Positions 39,733 through 50,504 of a DNA stretch of 64,000 nt are shown in pieces. This DNA comes from Erysipelotrichaceae bacterium. GTDB lineage: Bacteria > Bacillota_I > Bacilli_A > Erysipelotrichales > Erysipelotrichaceae. Position numbers and translations under genes: made by a program. Numbering within the stretch: the first letter of the stretch is position 1; every line of letters starts with the position of its first letter. The notes under the pieces are model-generated. The model searched no databases. It was not told where the DNA came from and saw nothing but the letters and a program-made list of their open reading frames with translations. Location of the stretch: positions 30,774 through 94,773 of the forward strand of contig CAVAAT010000016.1 in NCBI GenBank assembly GCA_963586925.1, in the 5' to 3' direction.

Positions 39733-39862
39733 AAACTTTCTCCTTTCTTTAAAAAATTATCAGATATAAATATACTCAATACATTTATATCTTTTACTTT
39801 ATTACAATTTTTATTTTGTCTTTTTTTTCGTATTGTCAACAAAAAAGGACTATTACAGTCCT

Positions 39863-41080
39863 CTAACATCCTAATGGATCTTTCTTACAAGGAACTACCT
39901 CAGCTAAGCCACCTAGAGAAGTCTCTTTTAATTCCATCGCAATCTTTTGCCCTGTATAATTCATAGCTGCTACGATCATATCAAAGCTTACTTTGTTATC
40001 TCTGATCTTACCTAAATATTTAGCATAGATCATAGAATCAATGCTTCTTAAAGCAGCCTGTCCATTTCTTTCTATACAAGGAACTTGAACATAACCACCG
40101 ACAGGATCACAAGTCAAACCCAAATTGTGCTCCATAGCGATCTCAGCAGCATATTCAATCTGATTAATAGGTAATCCTTCTAAATAAGCGCTAAAGGCTG
40201 CTGCCATTGAACAAGCTGTGCCGATCTCAGCTTGACAGCCTCCCACTGCCCCTGAAATAGAAGCATTAGTTTTTACTAAATTACCAAAAACACCAGCTAC
40301 TGCTAATCCATCTATCAATTTTTCAATATCATAACCTTTTTGATGGTAAAATCTTAATACCGCACTGAGTACGCCACAGCTCCCTAAAGTAGGGGCTGTA
40401 ACAACAGTTTTTCCACAAGCATTCTCTTCCATAGCTGCATAAGCATAAGCACTTATCTGTAATTTTTGTCTTATTGCTTCATCACTACATTCTAAAGATT
40501 GGACCCACAAAGAACGTGATACCTTTAGTAGTCGTAACTCTCCTGGCAAAATTCCCTCGCTACTTAGACCATTTTCAATCTCAGTTAACATCTGTTTAGC
40601 TACTTTATAAAGATACTCAACAATATCAGGCTCATAATGATAAACATATTGAGCTAGATCGATATTATTCTGAGCAATAAATTCTTTGATCTGTTTCAAA
40701 GAATTTTGTGGGTAAACAAACTCATTAACAAGTGATGGCTTTCCCTCAATTTCAATAGCTCCTCCACCTCTAGAGATGATGACCTCTTGATTTGAAATTT
40801 TACTATCAACAATAGTATGAAATATCATGACATTAGGAATATCTTTATACATTTTTTTAGTAAAAATGACTTCAACATTCTCTTTACCAAAGACTGATTC
40901 TATTATCTTATCGGTCATATGACCTTTACCAGTTAAAGCCAAAGAGCCACATAACTCTACAGAATATTTCTTAAAATGAGGATATTCATTTAAATAATAT
41001 AAACAAGCTTTTTGAACAGCTAAGGTATGGGATGAGGATGGTCCTGGTCCGATACGATATAATTCTCTTAATGATTCCAT
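39863..41080 (-). CDS. sdaA: L-serine dehydratase, iron-sulfur-dependent, single-chain (fused beta-alpha)
   Basis: 405 aa; N-terminal beta-subunit motif LYRIGPGPSSSHT followed by alpha-subunit region (CGVLSAV...GGCQAEIGTACSMAAA). Confidence 0.8.
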   Translation of the reverse strand: MESLRELYRIGPGPSSSHTLAVQKACLYYLNEYPHFKKYSVELCGSLALTGKGHMTDKIIESVFGKENVEVIFTKKMYKDIPNVMIFHTIVDSKISNQEVIISRGGGAIEIEGKPSLVNEFVYPQNSLKQIKEFIAQNNIDLAQYVYHYEPDIVEYLYKVAKQMLTEIENGLSSEGILPGELRLLKVSRSLWVQSLECSDEAIRQKLQISAYAYAAMEENACGKTVVTAPTLGSCGVLSAVLRFYHQKGYDIEKLIDGLAVAGVFGNLVKTNASISGAVGGCQAEIGTACSMAAAFSAYLEGLPINQIEYAAEIAMEHNLGLTCDPVGGYVQVPCIERNGQAALRSIDSMIYAKYLGKIRDNKVSFDMIVAAMNYTGQKIAMELKETSLGGLAEVVPCKKDPLGC

Positions 41081-41083
41081 AAA

Positions 41084-42037
41084 CTAACCCCTTATCGTTT
41101 TAACTATAAATAATTCTGATCCAATAACTGGATCGATCTTTCCACTTTTGATATTTTGATCTAGTAAAGCCAAGTTATTTAATATCTCCAATAATTGTTT
41201 ACTACTACGACCATTACATGCTTCTAATTTATAATAGACACTTCCTGTTTTAACATTCATCTTAGTAGCTATCTGTTGATTAGATAATCCCATTTCTTGT
41301 AACATCTTGTATTGACTCATAGTCCTAAATTGCGTTGCGATCAAAGCAAGTAAGCCATGCAAGGCATTCTTATCAACAGTCAAAAGATCTCTAAATACTC
41401 TTAATGCTTGATCTAGATCATTATTACTGATCGCATTAGTCAAACTAAATGAATCTTTCTCTAGTTGACGGCTGATGAGATTATCAACAGCAACCTTATC
41501 TAATGGCTCACCATAAATGAGAAGTTTTTCTAATTCACTCTTCCAATTTTCGACATTGTTAGGCAATCGCTTTAATAATAGATCCAACCCTCTTTTATCT
41601 ATCTTGATATGATTTTCATTTAGGTCTTTAATGACAAGATCTTTAAATTGCGTTTCATCTAAAGTATCATACTTCTCTATCTTGATATATTTAGTTAATT
41701 GTTTGATAGCCGATTGACTTACAATGCCTGTCTTTTCAACACAAATGATAAGATCTGTAGTATCTGAAGGTTGTTTTAAATAATTGATGATCCTATCAAG
41801 ATCATTCTTATCTGCTGATTTACTATCAATGATAAAAGACGGATTTTGTAAAATGACTAGCTTTTTATCCGCAAAGAAAGGAATAGTCTGACAATCACTG
41901 ATCATCTCATCAAGATCGGCTCCCGTACAATTATCATAGATAAGTAAGTTAAGATCACTAACCTCAGCTTTCTTAACTAATTCATCTTTCCTTTTACGCA
42001 AGTTATAAAACTCATTTCCAATAAGTAAATAATTCAT
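41084..42037 (-). CDS. holA: DNA polymerase III delta subunit
   Basis: Start moved to MNYLLIGNEF (GGAGAG RBS), removing the overlap with comEC; size and position downstream of comEC typical for holA. Confidence 0.65.
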   Translation of the reverse strand: MNYLLIGNEFYNLRKRKDELVKKAEVSDLNLLIYDNCTGADLDEMISDCQTIPFFADKKLVILQNPSFIIDSKSADKNDLDRIINYLKQPSDTTDLIICVEKTGIVSQSAIKQLTKYIKIEKYDTLDETQFKDLVIKDLNENHIKIDKRGLDLLLKRLPNNVENWKSELEKLLIYGEPLDKVAVDNLISRQLEKDSFSLTNAISNNDLDQALRVFRDLLTVDKNALHGLLALIATQFRTMSQYKMLQEMGLSNQQIATKMNVKTGSVYYKLEACNGRSSKQLLEILNNLALLDQNIKSGKIDPVIGSELFIVKTIRG

Positions 42038-42074
42038 TTTTCTCTCCGTTATCATTATACCACTAAAAATAAAC

Positions 42075-43988
42075 TTACTTAATATAAAAACCCCAATGAG
42101 CATTACTAGTGACATACATTAACAGATGATTAAAGACATAAAACTTGATCGCATGATCTTCTTTAGTAGAAAGATAATCGATATGATAATTGTTTAATCT
42201 CTCAATGACTTCTTCACTTGGATGAGAATAATGATTATTTCTTCCGGCAGATATGATAGCTAACTTAAATTGATATTTACCTAAAAGTTTATCACTAGTA
42301 GCTGTTTTAGAGCCATGATGAGATAGTTTAACAACATCTACATCCAATTGCCCATATTCATTTACGAGATCTTGTTCGACAGTTGAACTGATATCAGCTA
42401 AAAAGAGAAAACAAAATTGTTTTAGTTTAAAATAAGACAATAGCGAATCATCATTTTCATTATCATATCTTCTGTCATATAAAGGATCAAATACTTCAGT
42501 TCCACATATTTCGATCAATCTTTCTTTATCCTTATACACTTCATTAACTTCATAATTCTTTTCTAATGAAGCTAATCCACCTGAATGGTCATGATCTTCA
42601 TGAGTGATGATGATATCAATTGAATTTATTCCCATACTTTCTAAATAAGGGATTGTGATATCACTACTTACATCTTTGTAAACATTGCCACCTGTATCAA
42701 TGAGTAAACCTTTAGATTCATTAGGAAAAGTTATAAGGCAGCAATCACCTTGACCAATATCTAAAAAAGTAACAGTATGATAGCACCTAATATAAGCATA
42801 ATCATTGACTAGAATAAATATCAAGCCTTGATAGATCAAATACTTTTTATATCCCGTCTTTAACCACCAATAAATGAACTTTAAGACAAAGATGAAAAAA
42901 ATAATATTTATCCTTCCATTGATCTCTAATAAAGATAAACTATCAATTAACTCTACATAAGACAAAACAAGACCATTTAGATCTAAAGGAAAATGAATTA
43001 ACAAAGCTAAAACAAATAAGTAAGAACTTACACTCCTAATAAAACTAAGCAAGAAGATCTGAACTAGATCACACTTATGATAAAAAAGCAATTGAAGAAA
43101 GACCATATAAAACATATTCATCACTTTTGATCTTTTATTAGAAAACAAATTTATTGTCTTTATGCCTTCAACTGCTAAAAAAGGTAAAGATAAAACATAG
43201 TATGGTTTTAACAAACATAAACTCATCATTTCTAAAGCTAATCTATTCCTTTTATCATCAGTTAGTAACTCTATTAATAAGGAGATAAATACTCTTAAAC
43301 AACTATAAGGAAATCTCATCAATAAACCATAGATAAAAGATATCGCAACACATACTTTCAATGATGATCTCTTATACATATGCCGATTTAAGATATTTCT
43401 TATCATAAGTATCACAAAAGAAATATGCATTCCTGATTGTGTTATCAAATAGATATTACTACTCTCGCTATCTAATCCTCTAGAAAAGATTAATCTATTA
43501 GCCCAATGATTACCAATACTCTTATTGTGCTGATACCACAAAGTCCTTAAAGAAAAGCTAGTTTCTATTATCTCACAACTATCAACATAACCTAAAATGT
43601 TATTCCCTTTACAATAGGTAGAAAAATCTGTTAATTCAAAGTTATCATAAGTATTGATCTTCTTGATCTCACTATTTACGCTTACTTTACAATCATAACT
43701 GATATTTTCATCATAAGAATAGACTATCACTTTATAAAGACCATTACTGATGGTATAGTAACTATCTCTGATGCTGTCAACTCGACCGGTAGTAAATTGA
43801 GTGGTATTTATTGGTAAAGAAACTAATAGTAAGATAACTAAAGCAAAACGATATACTATTCTTTCTTTACCACAATAAAAACGATAAGTGATCGCTAATA
43901 ATAAAGCAATCACAACTCTTGTTTTAAAGTCATTAAAAAGACATGTAAATACAAAGCTAAAAGCTATAACTAAATAATTTATCTTCAT
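42075..43988 (-). CDS. comEC: Competence protein ComEC/Rec2 (DNA internalisation channel)
   Basis: Polytopic N-terminal region plus C-terminal metallo-beta-lactamase domain (HEDHDHSGG). Confidence 0.85.
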   Translation of the reverse strand: MKINYLVIAFSFVFTCLFNDFKTRVVIALLLAITYRFYCGKERIVYRFALVILLLVSLPINTTQFTTGRVDSIRDSYYTISNGLYKVIVYSYDENISYDCKVSVNSEIKKINTYDNFELTDFSTYCKGNNILGYVDSCEIIETSFSLRTLWYQHNKSIGNHWANRLIFSRGLDSESSNIYLITQSGMHISFVILMIRNILNRHMYKRSSLKVCVAISFIYGLLMRFPYSCLRVFISLLIELLTDDKRNRLALEMMSLCLLKPYYVLSLPFLAVEGIKTINLFSNKRSKVMNMFYMVFLQLLFYHKCDLVQIFLLSFIRSVSSYLFVLALLIHFPLDLNGLVLSYVELIDSLSLLEINGRINIIFFIFVLKFIYWWLKTGYKKYLIYQGLIFILVNDYAYIRCYHTVTFLDIGQGDCCLITFPNESKGLLIDTGGNVYKDVSSDITIPYLESMGINSIDIIITHEDHDHSGGLASLEKNYEVNEVYKDKERLIEICGTEVFDPLYDRRYDNENDDSLLSYFKLKQFCFLFLADISSTVEQDLVNEYGQLDVDVVKLSHHGSKTATSDKLLGKYQFKLAIISAGRNNHYSHPSEEVIERLNNYHIDYLSTKEDHAIKFYVFNHLLMYVTSNAHWGFYIK

Positions 43989-44461
43989 AGCCTTATATAA
44001 TCCTTCATCTTTTCATATTTCTTTTTACCAATGCCCTTAACATTCATTAAATCTTCTAAAGATTGAAAAGGGCCAATCTCTTGACGATAGTCTATGATCT
44101 TTTGAGCTGTCTTTTCTCCAACATATGGAATAGTACAAAGTTGTTCTAAAGATGCTGTGTTTATCGATACCTTCTGCACTTCTTGTTTTTTATCAATGAC
44201 GATCACATCACTATCTTTTAAAACTAGTGTTTGATTAAGAGAAGACAAATCAGCCTCATCGGTTAATGTTATCAACTTTAATAGATCTTCCACAGTACTA
44301 TATGCCTCTAATTGATAGACTCCAGGTTTACTTACTTCCCCTTTAACCTCCACACTGATCTTATCAGTCGTAAGCATTCCAATTTCTAAAGAACTATCAC
44401 TAGGTAATAGTAAGAACAAAGCCAAAAATAAAAGAGATATCCAATATAATAGTTTCTTCAT
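43985..44461 (-). CDS. comEA: Competence protein ComEA (DNA receptor, helix-hairpin-helix)
   Basis: N-terminal membrane anchor; C-terminal tandem HhH (INTASLEQLCTIPYVGEKTAQKIIDYR...GIGKKKYEKM). Confidence 0.8.
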   Translation of the reverse strand: MKKLLYWISLLFLALFLLLPSDSSLEIGMLTTDKISVEVKGEVSKPGVYQLEAYSTVEDLLKLITLTDEADLSSLNQTLVLKDSDVIVIDKKQEVQKVSINTASLEQLCTIPYVGEKTAQKIIDYRQEIGPFQSLEDLMNVKGIGKKKYEKMKDYIRL

Positions 44462-44493
44462 ACTATATATTAGTATCTCTTATCAGTAAATTC

Positions 44494-45183
44494 CTAATTG
44501 ATCTCTTTAATTTTTACTTTATATGGATGTTGAACCATGACAGTAACTGTGTCATCAACCCTCTTATCCATTAAAGCAATAGCAAGAGGTGATTCGTTAG
44601 AGATCTTACCATTTAATGGATCAGCTTCTACTGTACCTACGATCGTATAAGTCTCTTCTTCATCTTCATCTAATGTTAAGATTGTGACAGTAGAACCTAA
44701 CTTAACAACTTTTCTGCCTTTGCTCTTACCAGTTTCAGAAGCATTAGCTATTACATATTCGATAGTCTTGATCCTTGTTTCAGTATTGACTAAATCCTCT
44801 ATAGCATCATTTAAGGCTTGGTTATCATCACTTAAGCCAAGTTTCTTAGCTTCATTGACAGCTTCAACCTTGCCATCTTTTCCAGCTTTTAATTCCTCTA
44901 ACTCTTTTTGAAGCTTCTCTTTGCTCTTAGTTTCCCTAACTCCAATAAGTTCAAAGTTAGATAACATATAATCGTATTCTTTGATAGAAGCTTCTACTCT
45001 ACCCTGACGATCTCTAGCAGCATCATAATCAGCGTTTTCTGATAAGTCTCCTTGAGCTCTAGCAGCTTTTAATTCTTCGATTGTTTGATCACGTTCAACG
45101 TGCAACAATCTGATATAAGTCATTTCTGATTTTCTTAAACCATCTAGGGTCAAAACAACAGTTCTATTCTCTTCCATATTCAT
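44494..45183 (-). CDS. greA: Transcription elongation factor GreA-like with ~70-aa internal insertion
   Basis: N-terminal coiled-coil (GDLSENADYDAARDRQGRVEASIKE) and C-terminal FKBP-like domain (TVTILTLDEDEEETYTIVGTVEADPLNGKISNESPLA) align to GreA; inserted charged segment between them. Confidence 0.7.
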   Translation of the reverse strand: MNMEENRTVVLTLDGLRKSEMTYIRLLHVERDQTIEELKAARAQGDLSENADYDAARDRQGRVEASIKEYDYMLSNFELIGVRETKSKEKLQKELEELKAGKDGKVEAVNEAKKLGLSDDNQALNDAIEDLVNTETRIKTIEYVIANASETGKSKGRKVVKLGSTVTILTLDEDEEETYTIVGTVEADPLNGKISNESPLAIALMDKRVDDTVTVMVQHPYKVKIKEIN

Positions 45184-45189
45184 TCACTC

Positions 45190-45837
45190 CTATATATTCT
45201 TATTCTCATGTAGATTCTTTTCTACTATACTACTGATCTTTGTCATTAATAGATCTATAGCAACAACGTTATGGGAACCTTCAGGTATGATGATATCAGC
45301 ATACTTCTTACTAGGTTCAACAAAAGCATTGTGCATTACTCTAACGGTAGTCATATATTGATCACAGACATTTTCTAAAGTCCTGCCTCTTTCCTTAACA
45401 TCCCTTTTTAATCTACGGATGAAACGGATATCAGCATCAGTATCAATATAGATCTTCATATCTAATTTTTTTCTGATGGCTTCATCTTGCAAAACAAATA
45501 GTCCTTCTAAGACGATAACATCAGCTGGTGAGATCTCTTCAGTAACATCACTTCTTGTATGATGTACATAATCATAAGTTGGCTTATCGATCTTATTGCC
45601 TAAGATAAGTTCATCAAGCTGTTTGATCAATAGATCATTGTCAAAAGCAAATGGATGGTCATAATTTGTCTTTAATCTTTCCGAAAATTCCATATGTGAT
45701 TGATCTTTGTAATAATCATCTTGACGAATAATGGCAACTGATTTATTACCGGCAAAAGCATCTCTTAAAATCTCAGCAACTGAAGTCTTGCCACTAGCAC
45801 TACCTCCTGCGATCCCTATAATGACTGGTTTAGACAT
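45190..45837 (-). CDS. udk: Uridine kinase
   Basis: [15 protein letters not shown]-loop; full-length similarity to Udk. Confidence 0.9.
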   Translation of the reverse strand: MSKPVIIGIAGGSASGKTSVAEILRDAFAGNKSVAIIRQDDYYKDQSHMEFSERLKTNYDHPFAFDNDLLIKQLDELILGNKIDKPTYDYVHHTRSDVTEEISPADVIVLEGLFVLQDEAIRKKLDMKIYIDTDADIRFIRRLKRDVKERGRTLENVCDQYMTTVRVMHNAFVEPSKKYADIIIPEGSHNVVAIDLLMTKISSIVEKNLHENKNI

Positions 45838-45849
45838 AATTTACTCCTT

Positions 45850-46926
45850 TTAATATAAATATTTTTCTACATTCTGCAGGTGCTCTGCATATGTCTCAGC
45901 GAAATAAGTTCTTCCTGTACTCAGATCAGCGACAAAGTAATAATAATTACTTGGTGTAGGATTTAAAGCTGCCTCAATAGCTGTCTCATTAGCATTGCAT
46001 ACCGGTCCTACTGGTAGTCCTGGATAAACATAAGTGTTATACTTTGAATCTTTATCAATTGCTGTTTCGCAATCTTGCCAACTGTCATAGTTATATAAAG
46101 CATAACAAACAGTTACTGATGATTGTAGATAATATCCATCATCCAATCTGTTATGGAACACTGAACTAACTAATTTCATATCTTCTTGAGTATTAGCTTC
46201 AAAGATGACCATACTTGCTAAAGTATAGATCTCATAAGTACTATAACCTGAAGACGCGATCTGACTAGCATATTTTTGATAAACTTCATTTTGTCTATCT
46301 AAGATCTTCTCTGTTACTTGCTCTACTGAAGTCTCTTTGTAGAAATTGTAAGTATCAGGATAGATAAATCCCTCAAGATAACAATGCTCAGAGTTAAAGA
46401 TATCTTCAGTTAAGAAATCATATTTATCTATAAGTTTATAAATGTAATCTAGATCATTCCACTTATCCAAGATTTCTTCTTCTGTAAGATTAGTTGCCTC
46501 AGCTATAGCTTTAGCTGCATCCTTAGCCCAATCACCATCAACAATAGTGACTGTAACTTCTTCCACATAAGAATTATTGACATCAGCTAGAGTATCAAAT
46601 ATCTCAGAGACACTCATATTCTTATCAAGCATATAATTACCAGCATAATAATCATTACGTTTATTCAATTTAACATAGACCTTGACCATCTTTTTGTCTC
46701 TGATCAAACCTTCATCATATAAGGAATCAATGACATCATCCATATATGAACCTTCATCTATAGTAAATACGACTTTTTCACTAGTATCACTCATTGGTTT
46801 TAATGAATTGAGATAACTACGATAAACTACTAATAATGCTCCAAGAACGATCACTAAGATCAATAAAAAAATGATCAATCTAACTTTTTTCTTAGTTTTC
46901 TTGCTGCTCATCGTTCCATGCCTCAA
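45850..46926 (-). CDS. mltG: Endolytic murein transglycosylase MltG (YceG-like)
   Basis: N-terminal TM anchor; C-terminal YceG-like motif (YYFVADLSTGRTYFAETYAEH). Confidence 0.8.
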   Translation of the reverse strand: MRHGTMSSKKTKKKVRLIIFLLILVIVLGALLVVYRSYLNSLKPMSDTSEKVVFTIDEGSYMDDVIDSLYDEGLIRDKKMVKVYVKLNKRNDYYAGNYMLDKNMSVSEIFDTLADVNNSYVEEVTVTIVDGDWAKDAAKAIAEATNLTEEEILDKWNDLDYIYKLIDKYDFLTEDIFNSEHCYLEGFIYPDTYNFYKETSVEQVTEKILDRQNEVYQKYASQIASSGYSTYEIYTLASMVIFEANTQEDMKLVSSVFHNRLDDGYYLQSSVTVCYALYNYDSWQDCETAIDKDSKYNTYVYPGLPVGPVCNANETAIEAALNPTPSNYYYFVADLSTGRTYFAETYAEHLQNVEKYLY

Positions 46927-47143
46927 ATACTTCTTCGATCATTTCCCATTCTTCATCTGTTTCTACAGCGTATAAGTTCTTGTCTTCATCGAAACTCATC
47001 GCGTAAACTTGCCCATCATCACTTTGGGGATCAATATAAAGAACATAGGATTTGTTATATTGATCACTATAAAAGTTAAATAATTGTTCCATTTTCATTT
47101 CTTTACCATCATCGGTCGTAATGAAAAGAATATTATCGTCCAT
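46892..47143 (-). CDS. DUF1292-family small acidic protein
   Basis: 83 aa; conserved position upstream of mltG in Firmicutes. Confidence 0.5.
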   Translation of the reverse strand: MDDNILFITTDDGKEMKMEQLFNFYSDQYNKSYVLYIDPQSDDGQVYAMSFDEDKNLYAVETDEEWEMIEEVFEAWNDEQQEN

Positions 47144-47155
47144 TTTTCTTCACTC

Positions 47156-47575
47156 CTAACTTTTGGCATCGAGATAACTTTGTAAGATTATCACAGCGGC
47201 CATTGTATCTATCATCTTGTGTCTTTTTTGCCTGTTCATATTAGATGCAATCATACTTTTTTGTGCTGAAACCGTAGTCAAACGCTCATCCCATAATATG
47301 ACATTTACATTACGAGCTTCTACTAGCATCTCTTTAAATTTCTTTGAAATGTCGGCGCGGATACCTTCATCACCATTCATGTGCTTCGGTAGTCCTAATA
47401 CCACAGTTTCAACTTTGTTCTCATCGATGATATTACATACTTTTTCTAAAGCTGTCTTATAATCATCTTCTTCAAAACGGATAGTTTCCTTACCACTAGC
47501 AATCATCTGTAAGCTATCACTTAATGCTACACCGCAAGTCTTGCTTCCTAAATCTAAACCCATGATCTTATTCAT
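47156..47575 (-). CDS. ruvX: Holliday junction resolvase-like nuclease RuvX/YqgF
   Basis: MGLDLGSKTCGVALSD N-terminus typical of YqgF. Confidence 0.85.
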   Translation of the reverse strand: MNKIMGLDLGSKTCGVALSDSLQMIASGKETIRFEEDDYKTALEKVCNIIDENKVETVVLGLPKHMNGDEGIRADISKKFKEMLVEARNVNVILWDERLTTVSAQKSMIASNMNRQKRHKMIDTMAAVIILQSYLDAKS

Positions 47576-47828
47576 TGTTGCTCAAATAACTCCTAACTAT
47601 TTCTTTTAAGATCTCATCACGATCTACTGTTTGGATCAAGGTACGAGCATTCTTGTAACTTGAAATATAAGCAGGGTCATTAGTTACAAGATAGCCTACA
47701 ATCTGAGTTACAGCACTGTAGCCCCTCTCATTCAAAGCTTCATTGACTGTTTTCAAGATATATTTAATATTTTCTTGTTTGATCTGTTCAGAATTAAAGA
47801 TCAAGGTTGTCTGCTGATTATCCTTCAT
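47568..47828 (-). CDS. UPF0297/IreB-family protein
   Basis: 86 aa; conserved position between alaS and ruvX. Confidence 0.65.
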   Translation of the reverse strand: MKDNQQTTLIFNSEQIKQENIKYILKTVNEALNERGYSAVTQIVGYLVTNDPAYISSYKNARTLIQTVDRDEILKEIVRSYLSNNE

Positions 47829-47885
47829 AACAATGATACCTCCTGCTTATATTTTACTAAATTAGTCACTAAAATTAAAGGTCTA

Positions 47886-50498
47886 TTATTTTAATAATTC
47901 CTTAACTGCACTAATAGCTTGTTCGACTTTACTACTATCTTTTCCACCAGCAGAAGCAATGTCATCTTTTCCACCGCCATTACCTCCAGTTGCGATAGCT
48001 GCAGCCTTAACGATAGCACTTGCCTTGATGCCTTTAGCAATAGCATCTTTTGAACATGCTGCTGTAAATGTCACTTTCTCACCATTTATCGTATATAACA
48101 AGATAACTGAATTAGTCAACTTCTGAGATAATTGTTGTGCTAATGCTTTAACATTATCATTATTTACTTTCTTGATAAGAACATTGTAACCATTGATAAC
48201 TGTAGCATCTTTTAACATATCATTACTTTCACTTGCTGATAATTTCTCTTTCAACTCTTTAATAGTTGATGATAATTGATTATTTTCTTTGATGATCTGA
48301 GTCAATTTTTCTTCGATCTTACTAGTGTTAGTTACTTTTAACATATCTGCTAGAGCTAATAATTGTTGTTGTTGCTTAGCTACTTCAAGATAAGCACCAT
48401 AGTTAGTCTTGACAGTTATTCTTCTGATACCTGAACCGACTGATTCTTCAGAAATGATCTTAAATAAACCAACTTCGGCAGTATTAGTAACATGAGTTCC
48501 TCCACATAATTCTTTAGAGAAATCACCCATGCTCACTACTCTAACAACATCATCATATTTTTCATCAAACAAAGCCATTGCTCCAGAATGTTTTGCTGTT
48601 TCAACATCCATTAGATCAGTCTTAACTTCGATCTTACGACTGATGACTTCATTTACTAATTGTTCGATCTCTTCTAATTGTTGATTATTGACTTTTTCAA
48701 AGTGGGTAAAGTCAAATCTTCCATAATCTCTACATACATAAGAACCTGCTTGGTGAACATGCTTACCAACAACTTTCTGTAAAGCAGCTTGTAATAAGTG
48801 TAAAGCTGAGTGATTAGCTCTAATAAGATTTCTATCTTCAAGATTGATCACAAGATTGAACTTATCACCAAAATGAACAGTGCCGCCTTTGACTTTAACA
48901 TGATGTAAGAATTGTTTTAATGGTGCTTTATTCACTTTAACGACTTCCATCTGGCAGTCATCATTATAGATGATACCTGTATCATAGATTTGTCCACCAC
49001 TTTCAGCATAGAAACAAGTTTGAGCAAATACTACTTCACCCTCATCACTTATTTCATCGACTTTTTGTCCATTTTTGAATAAGCCAACAACATAAGAAAC
49101 ATTAGAATTATGATCATAGCCTACAAATTCACTATGTGCAGTGAAATTCAATAAGTCAACAGATTGAGAACCCATTGATTGATCATCACTTCTCGCATTT
49201 CTTGCTCTTTCTCTTTGTTGTTCCATACATTTTTCAAAACCATCTTTATCAAGAGTAAAGCCTTTTTCTTGAGCGATCTCCTCTGTTAATTCAACAGGGA
49301 AACCATATGTATCATATAACTTGAAGACTGTTTCACCATCTAAAACATTACCCTTAGTTGATTGTAAAACATTCTGTAAGATCTTTTCACCTTCATTTAA
49401 AGTAGTTTCAAATCTTTCTTCCTCAGCCTTAACAAGCTTTTGGATATATTCAACTTTTTCTAACAAATATGGATAGTAGTCCTTCATATTTTCAGCAACC
49501 ACTGGAACTAACTTATACATATATGCTTTTTGAATGTTCAATTTCTTTCCATATCTAACTGCTCTTCTTAATACTCTTCTTAAGATATAACCTCTGCCTT
49601 CATTAGAGAATGTAGCACCATCAGCTAAAGCAAAAGTAACAGTACGGATGTGATCAGCGATGACTCTATATGCCATTTTGTTTTCACCCTCGTACTTTTT
49701 ATCAGTCATAGCTTCTGTAGCTCTGATGACAGGCAAGAATAGATCAGTATCAAAGTTAGTCTCACCATCTTGGACAATAGATACAAGTCTTTCTAGACCC
49801 ATACCAGTATCGATATTCTTTTGTGGTAATTCTTTGTAATCTTTTCTATCAACACCTTCTTGAGAATTGTATTGTGAGAAGACTATGTTCCAAATCTCGA
49901 TATAACGATCATTTTCCATTTCTTCAAAGAATAACTTTTCTCCTAAATGTTGAGGATCATATTTATCACCACGATCATAGAAGATCTCACTATCTGGTCC
50001 ACATGGTCCATTACCGATCTCCCAGAAGTTTTCAGGAGTCCTTAAGATATGACTAGGATCAACACCACATACCTTAGTCCAAATATCAAAAGCTTCTTGA
50101 TCATCAATATAAACTGTGATATATAGTTTGCTCTTATCAAAGCCCATCCAACGTTCATCTGTTAAGAAATGCCAAGCAAAAGGAATAGCTTCTTTCTTAA
50201 AGTAATCACCGATCGAGAAGTTACCTAACATTTCAAAGAAAGTGTGGTGTCTTGCTGTCTTACCAACATTTTCAATATCATTAGTTCTGATAGACTTTTG
50301 AGCATTTGTGATCCTTTTGTTCTTTGGCTTTTCAGTTCCATCAAAATACTTCTTTAAAGCAGCAACACCAGCATTGATCCATAATAAAGTAGGATCATTA
50401 TGTGGTATAAGAGATGCACCTGGTTCGATCATATGACCATTTTCAGCGAAATAATCCAAGAACATCTGTCTGATCTGAGCACTAGTTAATTGTTTCAT
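47886..50498 (-). CDS. alaS: Alanine--tRNA ligase
   Basis: 870 aa; class II aaRS catalytic core, editing domain (HSALHLLQ...CGGTHV), C-terminal DHHA1-like region. Confidence 0.95.
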   Translation of the reverse strand: MKQLTSAQIRQMFLDYFAENGHMIEPGASLIPHNDPTLLWINAGVAALKKYFDGTEKPKNKRITNAQKSIRTNDIENVGKTARHHTFFEMLGNFSIGDYFKKEAIPFAWHFLTDERWMGFDKSKLYITVYIDDQEAFDIWTKVCGVDPSHILRTPENFWEIGNGPCGPDSEIFYDRGDKYDPQHLGEKLFFEEMENDRYIEIWNIVFSQYNSQEGVDRKDYKELPQKNIDTGMGLERLVSIVQDGETNFDTDLFLPVIRATEAMTDKKYEGENKMAYRVIADHIRTVTFALADGATFSNEGRGYILRRVLRRAVRYGKKLNIQKAYMYKLVPVVAENMKDYYPYLLEKVEYIQKLVKAEEERFETTLNEGEKILQNVLQSTKGNVLDGETVFKLYDTYGFPVELTEEIAQEKGFTLDKDGFEKCMEQQRERARNARSDDQSMGSQSVDLLNFTAHSEFVGYDHNSNVSYVVGLFKNGQKVDEISDEGEVVFAQTCFYAESGGQIYDTGIIYNDDCQMEVVKVNKAPLKQFLHHVKVKGGTVHFGDKFNLVINLEDRNLIRANHSALHLLQAALQKVVGKHVHQAGSYVCRDYGRFDFTHFEKVNNQQLEEIEQLVNEVISRKIEVKTDLMDVETAKHSGAMALFDEKYDDVVRVVSMGDFSKELCGGTHVTNTAEVGLFKIISEESVGSGIRRITVKTNYGAYLEVAKQQQQLLALADMLKVTNTSKIEEKLTQIIKENNQLSSTIKELKEKLSASESNDMLKDATVINGYNVLIKKVNNDNVKALAQQLSQKLTNSVILLYTINGEKVTFTAACSKDAIAKGIKASAIVKAAAIATGGNGGGKDDIASAGGKDSSKVEQAISAVKELLK

Positions 50499-50504
50499 CT
50501 TTTT

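Noticed and set aside
41084-42115. Longer N-terminus of holA overlapping comEC by 41 nt
   Set aside because: The hydrophobic MSLVMLIGVFILSKF extension is not part of delta subunits. The internal Met at 42037 has a GGAGAG RBS and removes the overlap.
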